Shown here piece by piece: positions 25,422 to 38,671 of a DNA stretch of 64,000 nucleotides. Made by a program: the position numbers and the translations under genes. The stretch lies in contig OZ024747.1 of the NCBI GenBank assembly GCA_964016885.1, forward strand, positions 30,752,001 through 30,816,000, given 5' to 3'. Under the pieces are notes generated by a model. It was not told the DNA's origin and ran no database searches. It saw only the letters and a list, made by a program, of their open reading frames with translations. Position 1 is the first letter of the stretch. Each line of letters begins with the position of its first letter. This stretch comes from Eledone cirrhosa (lineage: Eukaryota).

Positions 25422-25923
25422 TATATATATATATAAAATCACACATATATGCACACAAACAGACATACATACAATATGGCTATATTCATATAGAGTTATA
25501 AATTCATTTTTCCATGATGAAAAGGGTTGGATAAAAGGTTTTGAGGCAGAATTCAGTTACCTATCATCATCACCGTTTAACGTCCATTTTTCAATGTTGG
25601 CATGGGTTTAATGAGTTATCTTATTGTAAGCAATGCCAGGTCAGGTAACCATGTCTTGCTTATACAGAACCAAGTTTGGCTTGGTTTCTACAGCTGGATG
25701 CCCTTCCTAGTGCCAACCTCATTTACAATGAGTACTGGGTGCTTTTTGTTGTGACGCCTACACAACCACTTTACAGTGTGAACTGGGTGCTTTTTGATGT
25801 GACACCTACACGACCACTTTACAGTGTGGGCTGTGTGGTTTTTGCTGTGATCTCAGTCCTATGTCATTGCCTTTCATAGGTGCAATTGGGTAGGGTCAGG
25901 TTTATACAAATATATATATATAT

Positions 25924-28900
25924 TAAGGGGGGGTTGAAACACATCGTAATTCAATGGTATGCACAGAGTTTCAAATAGTATTTTAAATAAAATGAAAATT
26001 AGGGTTATGTGACCTCCCCGTACCCCCCTCCCCCCAATTAAATACCCTAATTTTCTATATTAATCATAATCTCTAACACATATATACTACATTGCTTATA
26101 GATATGAAACATTTGATCATATTTAAAACATCTGATGAGTAAAGATAGCAAAAACATTGAGATATAAGACAATTAGTAGGTAGGTACACCTCCAACATGG
26201 TAAATTAGTAGGTAGGTAGGTATACCTCCAACATGGTAAAATTACAACTTTTCAATGTGTTAAATGAATTTTGTTTTGCTTTTCAGAGCTAAATTGTATT
26301 ATAATTTTACAAAAATGCCTACATAAATTTAAACTGTAATAATTTAAGTATATAAAATTATATAATTGCTTCTATTTTTGGCACAAGGCCAGCAATTACC
26401 CAGTACATTACTGGTACTTTATTTTATCGACCCTGTAAGGCAAAGTTAACCTCGGGGGGATTTGAACTCAGATCGTAAAGGGACGTAACTATGCTGGAAA
26501 GCATGGCATCTGACTTTCTACCTATACTGCCAATCCACAAAATTATATAATGGCAACTAGAAGTAAAAGCCGTAATTCAGCATTTGGATTTCCTGCAGAA
26601 TTTCTTACAGCAATGACCCTGTCAAAGGTTGATGTATTCCGACATTATTTATACATAAGAAAACTTCACCCACACCGAAAGAATGCTACCAGATTGTTGC
26701 TGCAAATGTGCAAATAATATAGGACAAATTTTCTTTTCCTTAGTTTGGGTTGCGGGAATAGCTCTAAAAATTGAGAGATTGATTGAATCCGCTTATAAAT
26801 TAAACAAAATACCTATCAAACAAAGAGGAGATAATTTTGATAAGAAATTAGAGGAGTTCAATGAAATGTTTGATATATACACCTGCACGTGTTATGACAA
26901 ACAAATAAAAAGATCTGACTGTAGGTGTGACATAAGCATACGAATTATGGAATGAGAATCATTTGTTGGACAGAGGAAAAGATTTAATTAGTTAGGGCCT
27001 GTAGATAGAGAAATAATTGTTTCTACTTTAGGCACAAGGCCAGCAATTATCCAGTGCATTACTGGTACTTTATTTTATCGACCCCGTAAGGATGAAAGGC
27101 AAAGTCAACCTCGGCGGGATTTGAACTCAGATCGTAAAGGGACGTAACTATGCTGGAAAGCATGGCGTCCGACCCTCTACCGATACTGCCAATCCACAAT
27201 GCCAAGTAGAAAAAGAACTGCAGAAAGAGCACAAATATTTGAAAACAGGAAGGCAAAGATGCGCTTAGACATTGATCATATTTCACTGTAGAAACCTTGT
27301 TTAAAACATCTGATGAGTAAAGATAGCAACAACATTGAGATATAAGGCATTGCTTCAACTAGTTATCAGTGCCTAAGTGATATTAATGGAGACAGTTGTA
27401 ACTCGTGTGACAATGATGATGATGATGACATCGACTTTGTTCCTGACAGTGAACTGAGAGAAAACCAACAAAACAGATTTACTTATGAGAATCTAGCCAT
27501 CGCAGCAGACAGATATCGAGTAAGTTGCAGAGTTGCTGCTGCCATTGTTAATGCAGTTTTGAGAGATATAGGAATTTTAAATGATACAAATATGCTAGAT
27601 AAGAAAAATGTTGAAAGAGAAATAAAAAGAGTTGGAAAAAAACAATATCGGTTTTGATGGCAGAAAGGATAAAACTCAAACAGCAAGAGGGATGGAAAGT
27701 GAAGAGTACTATGTTATTGTGAAAGAGCCCGGTGATGAGTATTTAGATCACGTCTCCCAGGGATAATGGATCGGCTCATTGCATTGCAGAAGAAATTATT
27801 GCATTTTTAATTGATTCTGACATTGAAGACAGTTTAAAGGCTGTATTATGTGATGGCACTCCAGTAAACACTGGTCATGTAGGAGGGGGTAATTGAATTA
27901 TATCTAAATAAACCACTCCAGTGGCTGATATGCCTGCTACATACAAATGAGCTTCTGTTTTGAGATGTATTTGAATCCATAGATGAAAAAACAACAGGAC
28001 CACGAACATCAAAAGGCTTAATTGGCAATAAAATTAAAGAAGATGTAACAAACTTAAAGATAATAACATTTTTTCCAGTAAAAACTAAAGTGAAGGAATT
28101 GCCATTAGAAGTTGTTGATACTTTAAACTCAGATCAAAAATATTTCCATGAAATGCTCCTCAGTGTTGAGACAGGATTTGTTTCTGAGTAGTTAGCAGCA
28201 AGATCACCTGGTAAAATCCATCATGCAAAGTGGTTAACACGTGCAAACAGAATTCTTTGCTTATATGTTTCTGAAAAAAATTACCAAAATAATATTATGG
28301 AGCTTGTTAAAATCATAATGCAAGTTTATGCTCCAAGCTCAAGCTGGTTCTGGATTAAATCTCACCCAAAGTTACATGAAGGAGCAGCTAATTTCTGGTA
28401 TATGGCACATATAATGCAAGATCTGAACCAAGATCATAAAGAAGTTATGGAGAAATCGTTAAAAACTAATTTCTATTTTGCCCATCCAGAGACTATTTTA
28501 CTGACTATGCTGAATGATGGAAGAAGACAAATTAGGGAAGTAATAATTCAGCAAATTATTAAAGCAAGAACTTTTCCCCAAATGCTTCGTGAAGAATTAA
28601 GAAATTTCAAACTACCAAGCAAAATTAATTTTGAAGCACAGGATTATATTGATTTGATTAACTGGGAAAATGAAGTTATAACAACCCCTCGAGTTTTATG
28701 AAACATCACAAATGTTGATCTTCTTAAAGTTCATTCAGGACCATTAATAGCAATACCTCTTCCCTGTCATAGCTAAGGAGTCGAGCATGCTCTCAGTTTA
28801 GTGACAAAAGCATCTGAAGTCAGAATAGGCTATGAAAATAGGCACAGATTCATATTAAAATGTACAGAAATCAAACCAAAGTTTACCTCACTTTGACTGG

Positions 28901-29387
28901 AAAAGACATTGGTCATTTTATTAAATAGTAAATACTATTAATGCTTATTTTATGGTGTTTACTGTTAATGTATTTTGTTTCAGGTTCGTGCATAGTTTTT
29001 TTTATTGCATATCATAATAGTCATTAAGAATTTACATTATTTATATGTTGAAAGTGCTTTTCTTAATATAGGTTTTTTTTATAAAAAAAAAATTAATACA
29101 AACTATATAAATAAATAGATTCCAATAACTGTTTTTTCAGGTGTGTGGGGTTGCATATGATTTATAAAAAGTTATATAGCTAATATTTAACAAATACAAA
29201 GTTAATAGCATTAAAACAAGTTTACAGTTCCTTAAATTTTCAGTGTTCAAAACGCAGAATTGGGGGCAGGGCTATGCGCGGTGTAGGGGTGATCGCATAC
29301 TTTTTAAAATTTTTTAATTTATTTCTTACACCAAACGGAACACCAAGCAATATGTGGAATCAGAATATAACATTTCGAACCTCCCCT
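25924..29387 (+). mobile_element. Decayed hAT-superfamily (hATm-like) DNA transposon with two SINE insertions
   Basis: Imperfect TIRs taagggggggttgaaa / tttcgaacctcccct. Transposase relics at about 26549-28890: CDGTPVNTG, PLQWLICLLHTNEL, VYAP..WF.IK, YFAHPE.ILL.ML.D, INFEA.DY.DLINW, LPCHS.GVE. The SINE at 26365 has the TSD aaaattatataat. Confidence 0.75.
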
Positions 29388-32050
29388 CCCCATTCCCATG
29401 AGTGATGGCAAATGCCCCAAACTCCGAGTTGGCACCATCAATATAAGCACAATGAAAGGAAGAGCAGGAGAAATCATACAGATGTTAGAGCAAAAGGAAA
29501 TTGATGCATGCTGTGTGCAAGAGACTAGATGGAGAGGAGAGTCCGCTAGAGTCCTTGTAGGCAAAAATCAGCACAATGAATTTTTCTGGGTTGGAAATGA
29601 CAACGGTTTGGGTGGTGTAGGTATACTATTAACTGACAAATGGGTAGATAAGGTAATCACAGTAAACAGGGAGAATGCAAGAGTCATTAAACTCAGACTA
29701 GTCCTGAATAAAACAATTGCCACAATCATCAGCTTTCACACCAATCTGGTTTGCCACACAAACTTAATTATAGGTTTTACGAGTCCTTAATGCACACTAC
29801 AGCCCTAACAAACAACAACGACTCCCTACTCATTGCAGGGGACTTTAACGGACATGTTGGGAAACACTGTGATGGCTTTTATAGAGTCAATAAAGGCCAC
29901 AGGTTTGGCACAAGAAATGAAGAAGGCTTCTAGAATTCTGTGACGCCAATGACATGTCAATATGTAACACAAACTTCAAAAAGCCGACAACCATCTGATC
30001 ACCTATAGATGAGAGGAGCATTCTTGTCAGATAGATTTTATCCTTATGAGAGGACGAGATAGATGGATGGTTGAAACACAAAAGTCTTCCGTGGTGAGGA
30101 ATGTACCTCCCAACATAACTTAGTTGTCAGCGACTTCATTGTCAGAACTAGAGTTACTTGGAAAGAGAAGGCAACCTGGAGAAGAAAGATCTGGAAGCTG
30201 AAAGACCCCTCAGCCAGTAACAGATTTAAAGATATCTTACTCAACGCCTATTACAGTAAAGAAGAACAGATTCAATGTAGAAGGGAACAGACGAGATTTG
30301 TGGTTGGAGCAAGACCACAGGAAGGAGGAGAGTGGCTTGGTGGTGGAACAATAAGGTAGATGAGGCAATTAAGGCTAAGAGAATAGTTATGGAAAGAATG
30401 GAAGAACGGGGGAAGCAGGGTACATTACATAGAGACCAGGAGGGAAGCTAGGCGACAGGTATACTAAACTAGAAGGGAAGTGGAGGATAGAAAATTCAAG
30501 CATGTTTTGCAGCGTGAGGATCAGAAACAGGTGTTCAGGATTGTGAGGCAGAGTGTTAGAGAACATTGTGATGTCATTGAAGAGAAGTGTGTCGAGAATG
30601 ATAAAGGTGAGCTTGACCTCACAAGTGCTGAGAAGAAAGATGCGTGGAAGAGCCATTATGAAAGATTACTAAATGAGGGGAATGCATGGGAAGAAGAGAC
30701 CCTATCCCAAGTAGACCCTATAGAGGGGCCAGCAGTACAAGTCAGCAGCAGCGTATTAAGTAAGGCAATAAAAAATATGAAGACTGGGAAGGCAACCGGT
30801 CCATCGGGTATAGCTGCCAAGATGCTGAAAACATGTCGGTATGTCACACCATAACCACACGTATTGTTAACCAGGTAATACTAGAAGGTGTCATACCAAA
30901 GGATTGGTGCAGCAGCATAATTGTCAACTGCTACAGAGGTAAGGGAGATGCACTAGATAGAGGAAACTATAGAGGTATAAAGTTGATGACCAGGTCATGA
31001 AAGTAATGGAAAGAGTTATAGCACAGCTGATTAGAGATGGAGTAAATCTAGATGAGATGCAATTCGGGTTTGTGCCAGGCAAAAGCACCACTGATGTTCT
31101 CTTCCTTGTGAGGCAGTTACAGGAAAAGTACCTAGCTAAAAGTAAGCCACTCTACCTGGCATTTGTCGATCTGGAAAAAGCCTTCAATAGAGTGCCCTGT
31201 GCTATAATATGGTGGGCTCTTAGAAAACTAGGAGTAGATGAATGGCTTGTGAAGGCTGTACTAGCCATGTATAGAGGAGCAGTCAGCAAAGTTAGGATTA
31301 GCAATGACTATAGCGAGGAATTTCTGAAAGTACAGTAAGCAGGGTAAGTAATGGGATGGACGATGTTCAGGAAGCTACTACCACTGCTAGCTGCAAAAGG
31401 CTTTTCCCTCAAAATGAAAAGCAGACTGTATGCATACGAACAGCAAAGTATAAACGAATTGAGTGTAAGAGATTGAGCATAAGAGGAATCAAATGCTGTG
31501 TGCAGGAGAGGAGGTTGCATTCATATGGACATGTGATGCGTATGAAGGATGACAGCTGCATAAAATGGTGCAGATCACTAAGAGTCGATGAAGTCTTGGA
31601 GTGGGGAGACCCAAGAAGACCTGGGATGAGGTGATTAAAGCTGACCTTGCCCAATTGCATCTCTAAAAGGTTATGACATAGGACCATGACCTCTGACATC
31701 ATGCAGTAATACAGAAGACCCAATTTCCCATGGGTACAAGCCAAAGCTGAAGCATTTAGACAATATGCCCCCATCCTCTCCCACGGCTAAGTGGTCCTGT
31801 AGGTGTCTGGACAAAAAAGCACCCAGCCCACACTGTAAAGTGGTTGTGTAGGCGCCATGATAAAAAAGCCTCCAGTTCTCACTGTAAATGACGTTGGTGT
31901 TAGGAAGGGCATCCAGCTGTAGAAATCAAGCCAAAATCAGTTCCCGTATGAGCAAGACAAGGTCACCCGACCTGGCACTGCCCACAACAGGACAACACAT
32001 CTAACCCATGCTAGCGTGGAAGAATGGACGTAAAACAGTGATGATGATGA
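29388..32050 (+). mobile_element. Decayed, internally deleted RTE LINE
   Basis: APE and RT fragments homologous to 4245-7499. The sequence jumps at about 31330 over the YADD/PHD region. 3'UTR and (GAT)n tail present. Confidence 0.92.
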
Positions 32051-32418
32051 TATATATTATTAGCACAGATTGAAATTTTAAGCAAACAATTTCTGCTTTC
32101 ACCTAAAGCTATATATACATATGCTATAATGGCGATCATGTGTATTGTATGGCAGAGAAAACTGACCACTTTAAAGAAATCATTTATACAGGTTGTTTGG
32201 TACATTGACAACCATGTACCTTGGTATTAATTCAGTTTCTGTGAACAAAATACATTGACAACCCATTGATTGATGAGAGGCTACACAAGAAAATACTTGC
32301 CCAAGAGGCACAGAGGTAAATCACAAGACCACAAGCTTGCAAAGTAAACTTCATAACCACACAGAAATGACTTCACACACATACACAAATATAAATCTCT
32401 ACATCTCTCTCTCACTAT

Positions 32419-32454
<36 letters not shown>

Positions 32455-32552
32455 GACCAAAAGTTAAACAAGGTTCATTGATTAATCAATGAATATAGTT
32501 TTACAATAGATTAGAAGCACTCAACAAATAAGTTTTCTGGAGTTATTAATAT

Positions 32553-32870
32553 TAATTCCAAATATTAATAAATATAGACATTCGTGTGATCAAATATATT
32601 TTATTATATATATTTCAGAGGTACTGTGCTGTTTCCTCAGTACGTCCTCATTAGATAAAATAAATTGATGTCTGTCATACCTCAACTGTGCTGATGGTTC
32701 GATTCCAGTCTTGGTAGGACTGGAATTGAACCATCAGCACAGTTGAGGTATGACAGACATCAATTTATTTTATCTGATGAGGACGTACTGAGGAAACAGC
32801 ACAAAACCTCTGAAATATATATAAAATATATTTGATCACATGAATGTCTATATTTATTAATATTTGGAAT
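32553..32870. mobile_element. Fold-back element (about 155-bp arms) with an HHR in each arm (32597-32662 -, 32766-32830 +)
   Basis: Minus arm: TATTTTAT-CTAATGA-GGA-C-GTACTG/CAGTAC-C-TCT-GAAA-TATATATA-ATAAAATA. The plus arm has CTGATGA but damaged stems. Confidence 0.85.
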
Positions 32871-32894
32871 TTATATATATATATATATATATAT

Positions 32895-33068
32895 AAATAG
32901 CTTCTACAGGACTAGAACTGTTGCATTCAAAGGAAATCATCAGCTTTCCTGATGATTACCTTCGAATGAAATAGTTCTAGTCCTGTAGAAGCCATTTCTA
33001 TATTAAATATTTATACTCTGCTATGTATTGAGTACCTTACTTACTGTGGTTACCCCTGATTCAACCCG

Positions 33069-33070
<2 letters not shown>
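32895..33070 (+). mobile_element. Short inverted PLE-like element with HHR-like cores; relatives at 11960-12095(-) and 57808-57907
   Basis: CTGATGA-TT(T/A)CCTTCGAAT-GAAA-(C/T)AGTTCTAG-TC-CTGTAG in both orientations. Confidence 0.7.
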
Positions 33071-33099
<29 letters not shown>

Positions 33100-33232
33100 C
33101 AGGGTATCTCCACCAAAATATATACACACTTCAAACTGTGTACACATTTTTTTTTGGGGGGGGGGGGGCTCCCTGTATGTGTATGTGTATACATACACAT
33201 ACACACATCACATATATAGATATGCATATATA

Positions 33233-33449
33233 TACAGGGTGGACCTTATATTGCACACAATCAAGTGTGAGCATTTGTGCAAAATGTCAACCATTGGACT
33301 CAATCAGTACCTTAAAATCACTGATGATAGGATGATGAAAATGGTACCTTTGTTATTTCAATATAATTTTTGTTATTAATCAATACAATGTACACGCATA
33401 CTAAATTTTTTTTAATGCTTTTGTGCGCAACCTATGGTGCACCCTGTAT
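33233..33449. mobile_element. Tc1/mariner-type MITE (a second short one at 33098-33178)
   Basis: TA-flanked TIRs cagggtggacc / ggtgcaccctg. Confidence 0.65.
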
Positions 33450-33719
33450 ACACACACATATACATACACACACACACATATATATATATCTACATATATT
33501 CATATATATACATAACACATATATAAATTCATATACATACATATAAATATTTACATATACATATATATATATAAAGTACAATATATCTCCACTGAAAAAT
33601 GTGAAGCAACGTATCACACACAACAGAGAACTGCAGCAGTACAAAAATATGTAACAATCTACACCAAGAGACTATCGTATATATCAGAGAAATCTCTACT
33701 ACACTTATTGATACTACAA

Positions 33720-33799
33720 TTACTAGCAGTTTCAGATGCCTCTACATGGGTATTGAAATGAGGATCTCCTACACTCTATAACAGAGGACATCAGAGTAA
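33720..33799 (-). ncRNA. Decayed hammerhead-like motif
   Basis: TTACT-CTGATG-TCCTCT...AGAGG-CATCT-GAAA-CTGCT-AGTAA, with small deletions in the core. Confidence 0.45.
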
Positions 33800-33899
33800 G
33801 TTTTTCCAGTTACCCCTAAAATAATTCAGGTTTGCTGAATGCAGACTAAAACAGCACTACTCACACTATTTAAAAACCTTATCCATGTTATTTATTGCA

Positions 33900-33978
<79 letters not shown>

Positions 33979-34264
33979 ATACTACTACTACTGCTGCTGC
34001 AACTGCTTATTGCTAATTTAGGCACAAGGCCAGCAATTTTGAACGCAAGGATAGTCAACTGAATCAACATCAGAACTGTTACTTCATTATATCAACCTTG
34101 GAAGGATCAAAGGAAAAGTTAACCTTAGTGTACTTGAACACAGAAGAGTTTTTTTTTAGAGGAGATTTTGTCAATACATTTATATTTGTATATTAAGAAG
34201 TGTGCTAACACCTGAAGAGTACGAGAAATTCATATCTATATATAGTCGTTAGTGATATCTCAGT

Positions 34265-36590
34265 AAGCAAGAGACATACAGGAAGGTGTGGAGAAGAAAG
34301 GTCTGGAAGCTAAAAAACCTTTCACTAAAATACAAATTTAGGAAAGCCCTTCAAGATGTGTATGACGAAAAAGAAGACGATTTAGAGACGTATGACAGAT
34401 AATAACTGGAATTTCTTACGTGACAACTTACAGCAGGCTACTGATGAAATTTGTGGCTGGAGCAGAGCTCCAACCAGACAGAGAGTGATCTGGTGGTGGA
34501 ACAGCACAGTAGATAAGGCCATTAGAGACAAAAGACTAGCATGGAAGGCTTGGAAAAAGGGTGGGAGTAGGGAAGAATATACAGCTGCTAAGAGAGAAGC
34601 TAGACGTCAGGTGTACTTAGCACGCAGGGAGGCTGAGAGTAGGAGGTTTGCTAATGTTCTGCGATGGGAAGATCAGAGGCGTGCAGTGTTTCACATTGCA
34701 AGGCAGTGTGTCAATGCAAATCAGGATGTTGTTGGAGATAAATGTGTCCGGAATGATGCCGGTGTACTTAGTGTCAAGAATGATCAGAAAAAGGAGGCCT
34801 GGAAATGTCATTATGAGAGACTGATGAATGTGGAGAACGAATGGGAGAGAGAGAAATTACCCTCAATAGATCCGACAGAGGGACCAGCTATTGAGATTGA
34901 TGATTATAGAGTCCAAGAGGCGATTAAGGAAATGAAAAATGGTAAGGCTGCTGGACCATCGGGAATAGTTGCTGAGATGCTGAAGGCATCAGGGGACATA
35001 GGCACTAAACTGGTTGCACGCATCATCAATCAGGCTATATATGGTGGTGTCATACCCAAAAACTGGTGCAGCAGTATTCTCTTAAATTGCTACAAAGGTA
35101 AAGGGGATGCTCTGGAGAGGAGCAATTATAGGGGTATAAAACTGATGGATCAGGTTATGAAAGTGGCAGAAAGGATATTAGCACAACTAATTAGAGAAAG
35201 GGTCAAACTAGATGAGATGCAGTTTGGTTTTGTGCCTGGGAAAAGTACAACAGATGCCCTCTTCTTGGTGAGACAATTGCAAGAGAGGTTCTTAGAGAAA
35301 AATAAGCCACTATACTTAGCCTTTGTTGACCTAGAGAAGGCCTTTGATAGGGTACCCCGATCTGTCATCTGGTCGTCCCTAAGGAAACTAGGTGTTGAGG
35401 AATGTTTTGTGAGGACAGTGCAAACTTTGTACAGAGGTACTGTCAGTAAAGTCAGGGTAGGAATGGAGTTTAGTGAGGAATTCCAGATACAAGTAGGAGT
35501 ACATCAAGGTTCGGTCCTCAGCCCGCTCTTGTTCATTATAGTCCTCCAAGCCATAACAGAGGAGTTTAAGACTGGCTGTCCATGGGAACTTCTCTATGCT
35601 GATGATCTGGTTCTGATAGCAGAATCAGTAGAAGAGCTAGGGAATAAATTCCGGCTATGGAAACAGCAGTTGGAAGCAAGAGGACTGAGAGTGAACCTAG
35701 CTAAGACAAAAGTGTTGATGAGTAGAAAAGAGGACAAAACTCCTATTCCATCAGGGAAATGGCCATGTTCGCTATGCAGAAAAGGAACTGGCATAAATTA
35801 TATAAAATGCACTCAATGCAGATCCTGGGTACACAAGAGATGTAGCAGGATAGCAGGCAAACTAACAGGTAGGGAGAAATATGTATGCAGTAGATGTACA
35901 GGGAAATTAGACAGTAGAAGTCGCATTGATAGACACATTTTTCAAATGCAGGTGGGTGCTATAGAATTGGTGGATAGCTTCCGGTACCTAGGAGATCAGA
36001 TTAGCATGGGAGGAGGGTGTTCCGAGGCCATAGTATCTAGAATAAGGACGGGTTGAAAGAAGTTTAGGGAGCTGCTTCCTCTGACGACGAAGGGTTTCTC
36101 CCTGTGTACGAAAGGCCGGTTATATGATGCCTGTGTGAGGAGCGCGATGCTGCATGGTAGTGACACATGGGCAGCAACTGCAGAGGATATGCGACGGCTG
36201 GAGAGAAATGAGGCAAGCATGCTCCGTTGGATATGCAGTGTCAATGTGCGTGACCGACCCAACATGAATGTGTTGAGAGAGAAACTGTGTCTGAGAGGGA
36301 TAGAATGTAGTGTACGGGAGAGAAGACTGAGGTGGTATGGACATGTGCTGCACATGGAGGATGACCGATGGGTGAAGAAGTGCCAGGAAAGGCCAGTTGA
36401 AGGAAGACGTGGTAGAGGTAGACCACGAAAAACATGGGTGGAGGTGGTGAGAATTAACCTCAGATCGCTGAAGCTCACGGTGGAGATGACGAAGGACCGT
36501 GACAAGTGGAGAGATGCTGTGCTGAATAAGACCCATCCCACCCTTGCAAGCAGGGAAGAGCGGACGTAAAATGATGATGATGATGATGAT
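34265..36590 (+). mobile_element. 5'-truncated RTE LINE with PHD insert and a single in-frame stop
   Basis: ORF 34392-36056 with YADD and the Cys/His finger. TGA at 36054 sits at a conserved W; the frame continues to 36569, then (GAT)n. Confidence 0.95.
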
Positions 36591-37994
36591 AATACAGAGT
36601 GAGTAACCGAGACTGCAGTATGTATATCTAAATATACACATTTTTAATATGTAGATGTGTAAACATGCCAGAATATATCAGCACCACCATACATAACCTT
36701 CTCTACTCTAGCTCCAGGATCCCCACCTCACCCCTCAAATCCTAACACCTACATTAAATCATGAGATTAGTCTTAACCCCTTAGTGTCTGTGATAATCAC
36801 ATCTCTTACTCTTTACCCACTGAAATACCCCATCCCCTTACACTTGTCATACACTCATAACACCACATCCATTATCCCTGTTACCTTCAGCCAATCTTAC
36901 CATTTAACCCCCACCTCATACTATAATAGAGAGAAATCTTCAGCTGAGTAAATGTCTAACATCCTTTCTATTACCACTGCCATGAGGAGGCACCCTGTAG
37001 GATGGTTGATGATAAGAGGGGAAAGATATCATGGTTCCATATATTCCATCTTGTTTTCCATCTGTATATTGTTATTATATACATGGTAATTTGGACAAAT
37101 TCCATGGAGAATACATATCTATTCATTTAAAAGTAGTAGTAGATTAATCTTGAACTTCGTTTATTTATCTACTCTGTGCAGCAGGGAAAAGCGGACGTAA
37201 AATGATGATGATGATGATGATTAGAACCAACTGGAGAGAGATTTTCCTCTTCAGAAATTTATGTTCATAAATAATAGTTTTGGGTTTAGGCACAAGGCCA
37301 ACCATTTTGGGGAGGGGAAATCCATTAAATCAACCCCAGTGCATTAGTAGTGCTTTATTTTATCAACCCTGTAAGGATGAAAAGCCAAGCTAACCTCAGC
37401 AAGATTTGATCTTAAATTATGAAGGGATGTAACTCCATGTTCATAAATAATTTTCTTAACTCTTTAGTTAACGGACTGACCAGAACCACCTCTGGTTCTA
37501 TGACATAAAATCCCCTGTTTAAAAGATTTCCAATTTAAATTAAAATATTCTAACATTATATAAGAACCTTACATTAAGTTACTATCTTAGTAGTGAAATA
37601 ATTAACAATCTTAGTAAATCCCTCAAAATTCTTCTTTAATCAATTAAAATAGAGTATATTTCATTAGAAATGCAGTCATGAAAAGGTTAAGATTGTTTGA
37701 TAAAAATGTTAAAACTAATTCAGCCTACAATGAGGTTTCCCTATCATATAAGAAAATAATTTATTTTCTAAATATCAAGTAGAAAGGTTGGATGAAATGT
37801 GTTGCAGCATTTTTTATGACTATGTTTTGGTTTCAAATCCTGTTGTGGTGAAATTTACATTTCATCATTCCAGGTTCAATAAACGGAAGTACTTATAAAG
37901 AACTCGGATCAATATGATTGATTTTTCCTTCACCACAGATTGCTAGTCTTGAGCCTCAATTGAAAATCATCATTACCTACATTATCACAATAAA

Positions 37995-38362
37995 AATCAC
38001 ACTGTAAAGTGGTCATATTGATGACACAACATAAAGAATCCAACCCACACTGTAAAATGGTTGTGTTGGTGTCACAACAAAAGGCACCCAGTCCACACTG
38101 TAAAGTGGTTATGTTGGTGATGCAACAAAAAGCACCCAGTCCACACTGTAAAGTGGTCATGTTGATGATGCAACAAAAAGTGGCCAATCCACACTGTCAA
38201 TAATGTTGGCATTAGGAAGGGCATCAAGCTGTAGAAACCAAGCCAGGAACTGTTCTGAATGAGCCAGAGCTGATCATCTGATTTGACTTGTTTCACAACA
38301 TGACAACTCATCTAACCCATGCTACCATGAGAAAATGGACACTGAATGATGATGGGGATGAT
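37995..38362 (+). mobile_element. RTE 3'UTR fragment with expanded 42-bp tandem repeats (similar fragments 25562-25880 -, 59483-59735 -)
   Basis: Repeated ccacactgtaaagtggt units, ggcattaggaagggcatc motif, atggacactgaatgatgat tail. Confidence 0.7.
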
Positions 38363-38460
38363 ATCACACAGGGGTCTTGTGTATTTATGTTTAAATGATA
38401 AATTTATTTGAGTTTATGTTTAAAAGATAAATTCATTTGTGTTGTAAAACATTAACTTAC

Positions 38461-38671
38461 GTCAAAGGATCATTGTTAGGTAGGTTGAATACTTCAAAGG
38501 AAATGGCAATCTTTTCATCTGGTTTTCCTCGGAAAATATAAATGCAATCAAGGTTGATAAAATAAAGGCCAGGATGTCGAGGGGAATTGAATGAACCCTC
38601 TTTGGTTTTCTTACTATCATACAAAAAACTGCACACACCATCTTTGATTGCTTCGCCTGGGATGTTATAAT
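38461..38671 (-). CDS. sol-1: SOL-1-like exon (N-half of CUB domain B)
   Basis: Poly-T tract plus acatag acceptor, gtaagt donor. Phase 1 in, phase 2 out. DYNIPGEAIKDGVCSFLYDSKKTKEGSFNSPRHPGLYFINLDCIYIFRGKPDEKIAISFEVFNLPNNDPLT. Not in the ORF track. Confidence 0.92.

Noticed and set aside
26131-27320. Two CTGATGA boxes (26132, 27311)
   Set aside because: Part of a duplicated transposon segment; no GAAA or stems.
34205-34255. CTGAAGA...CTATATATAG-TC-GTTAG, a possible HHR relic
   Set aside because: Stem II and GAAA placement cannot be reconstructed; too decayed to call.
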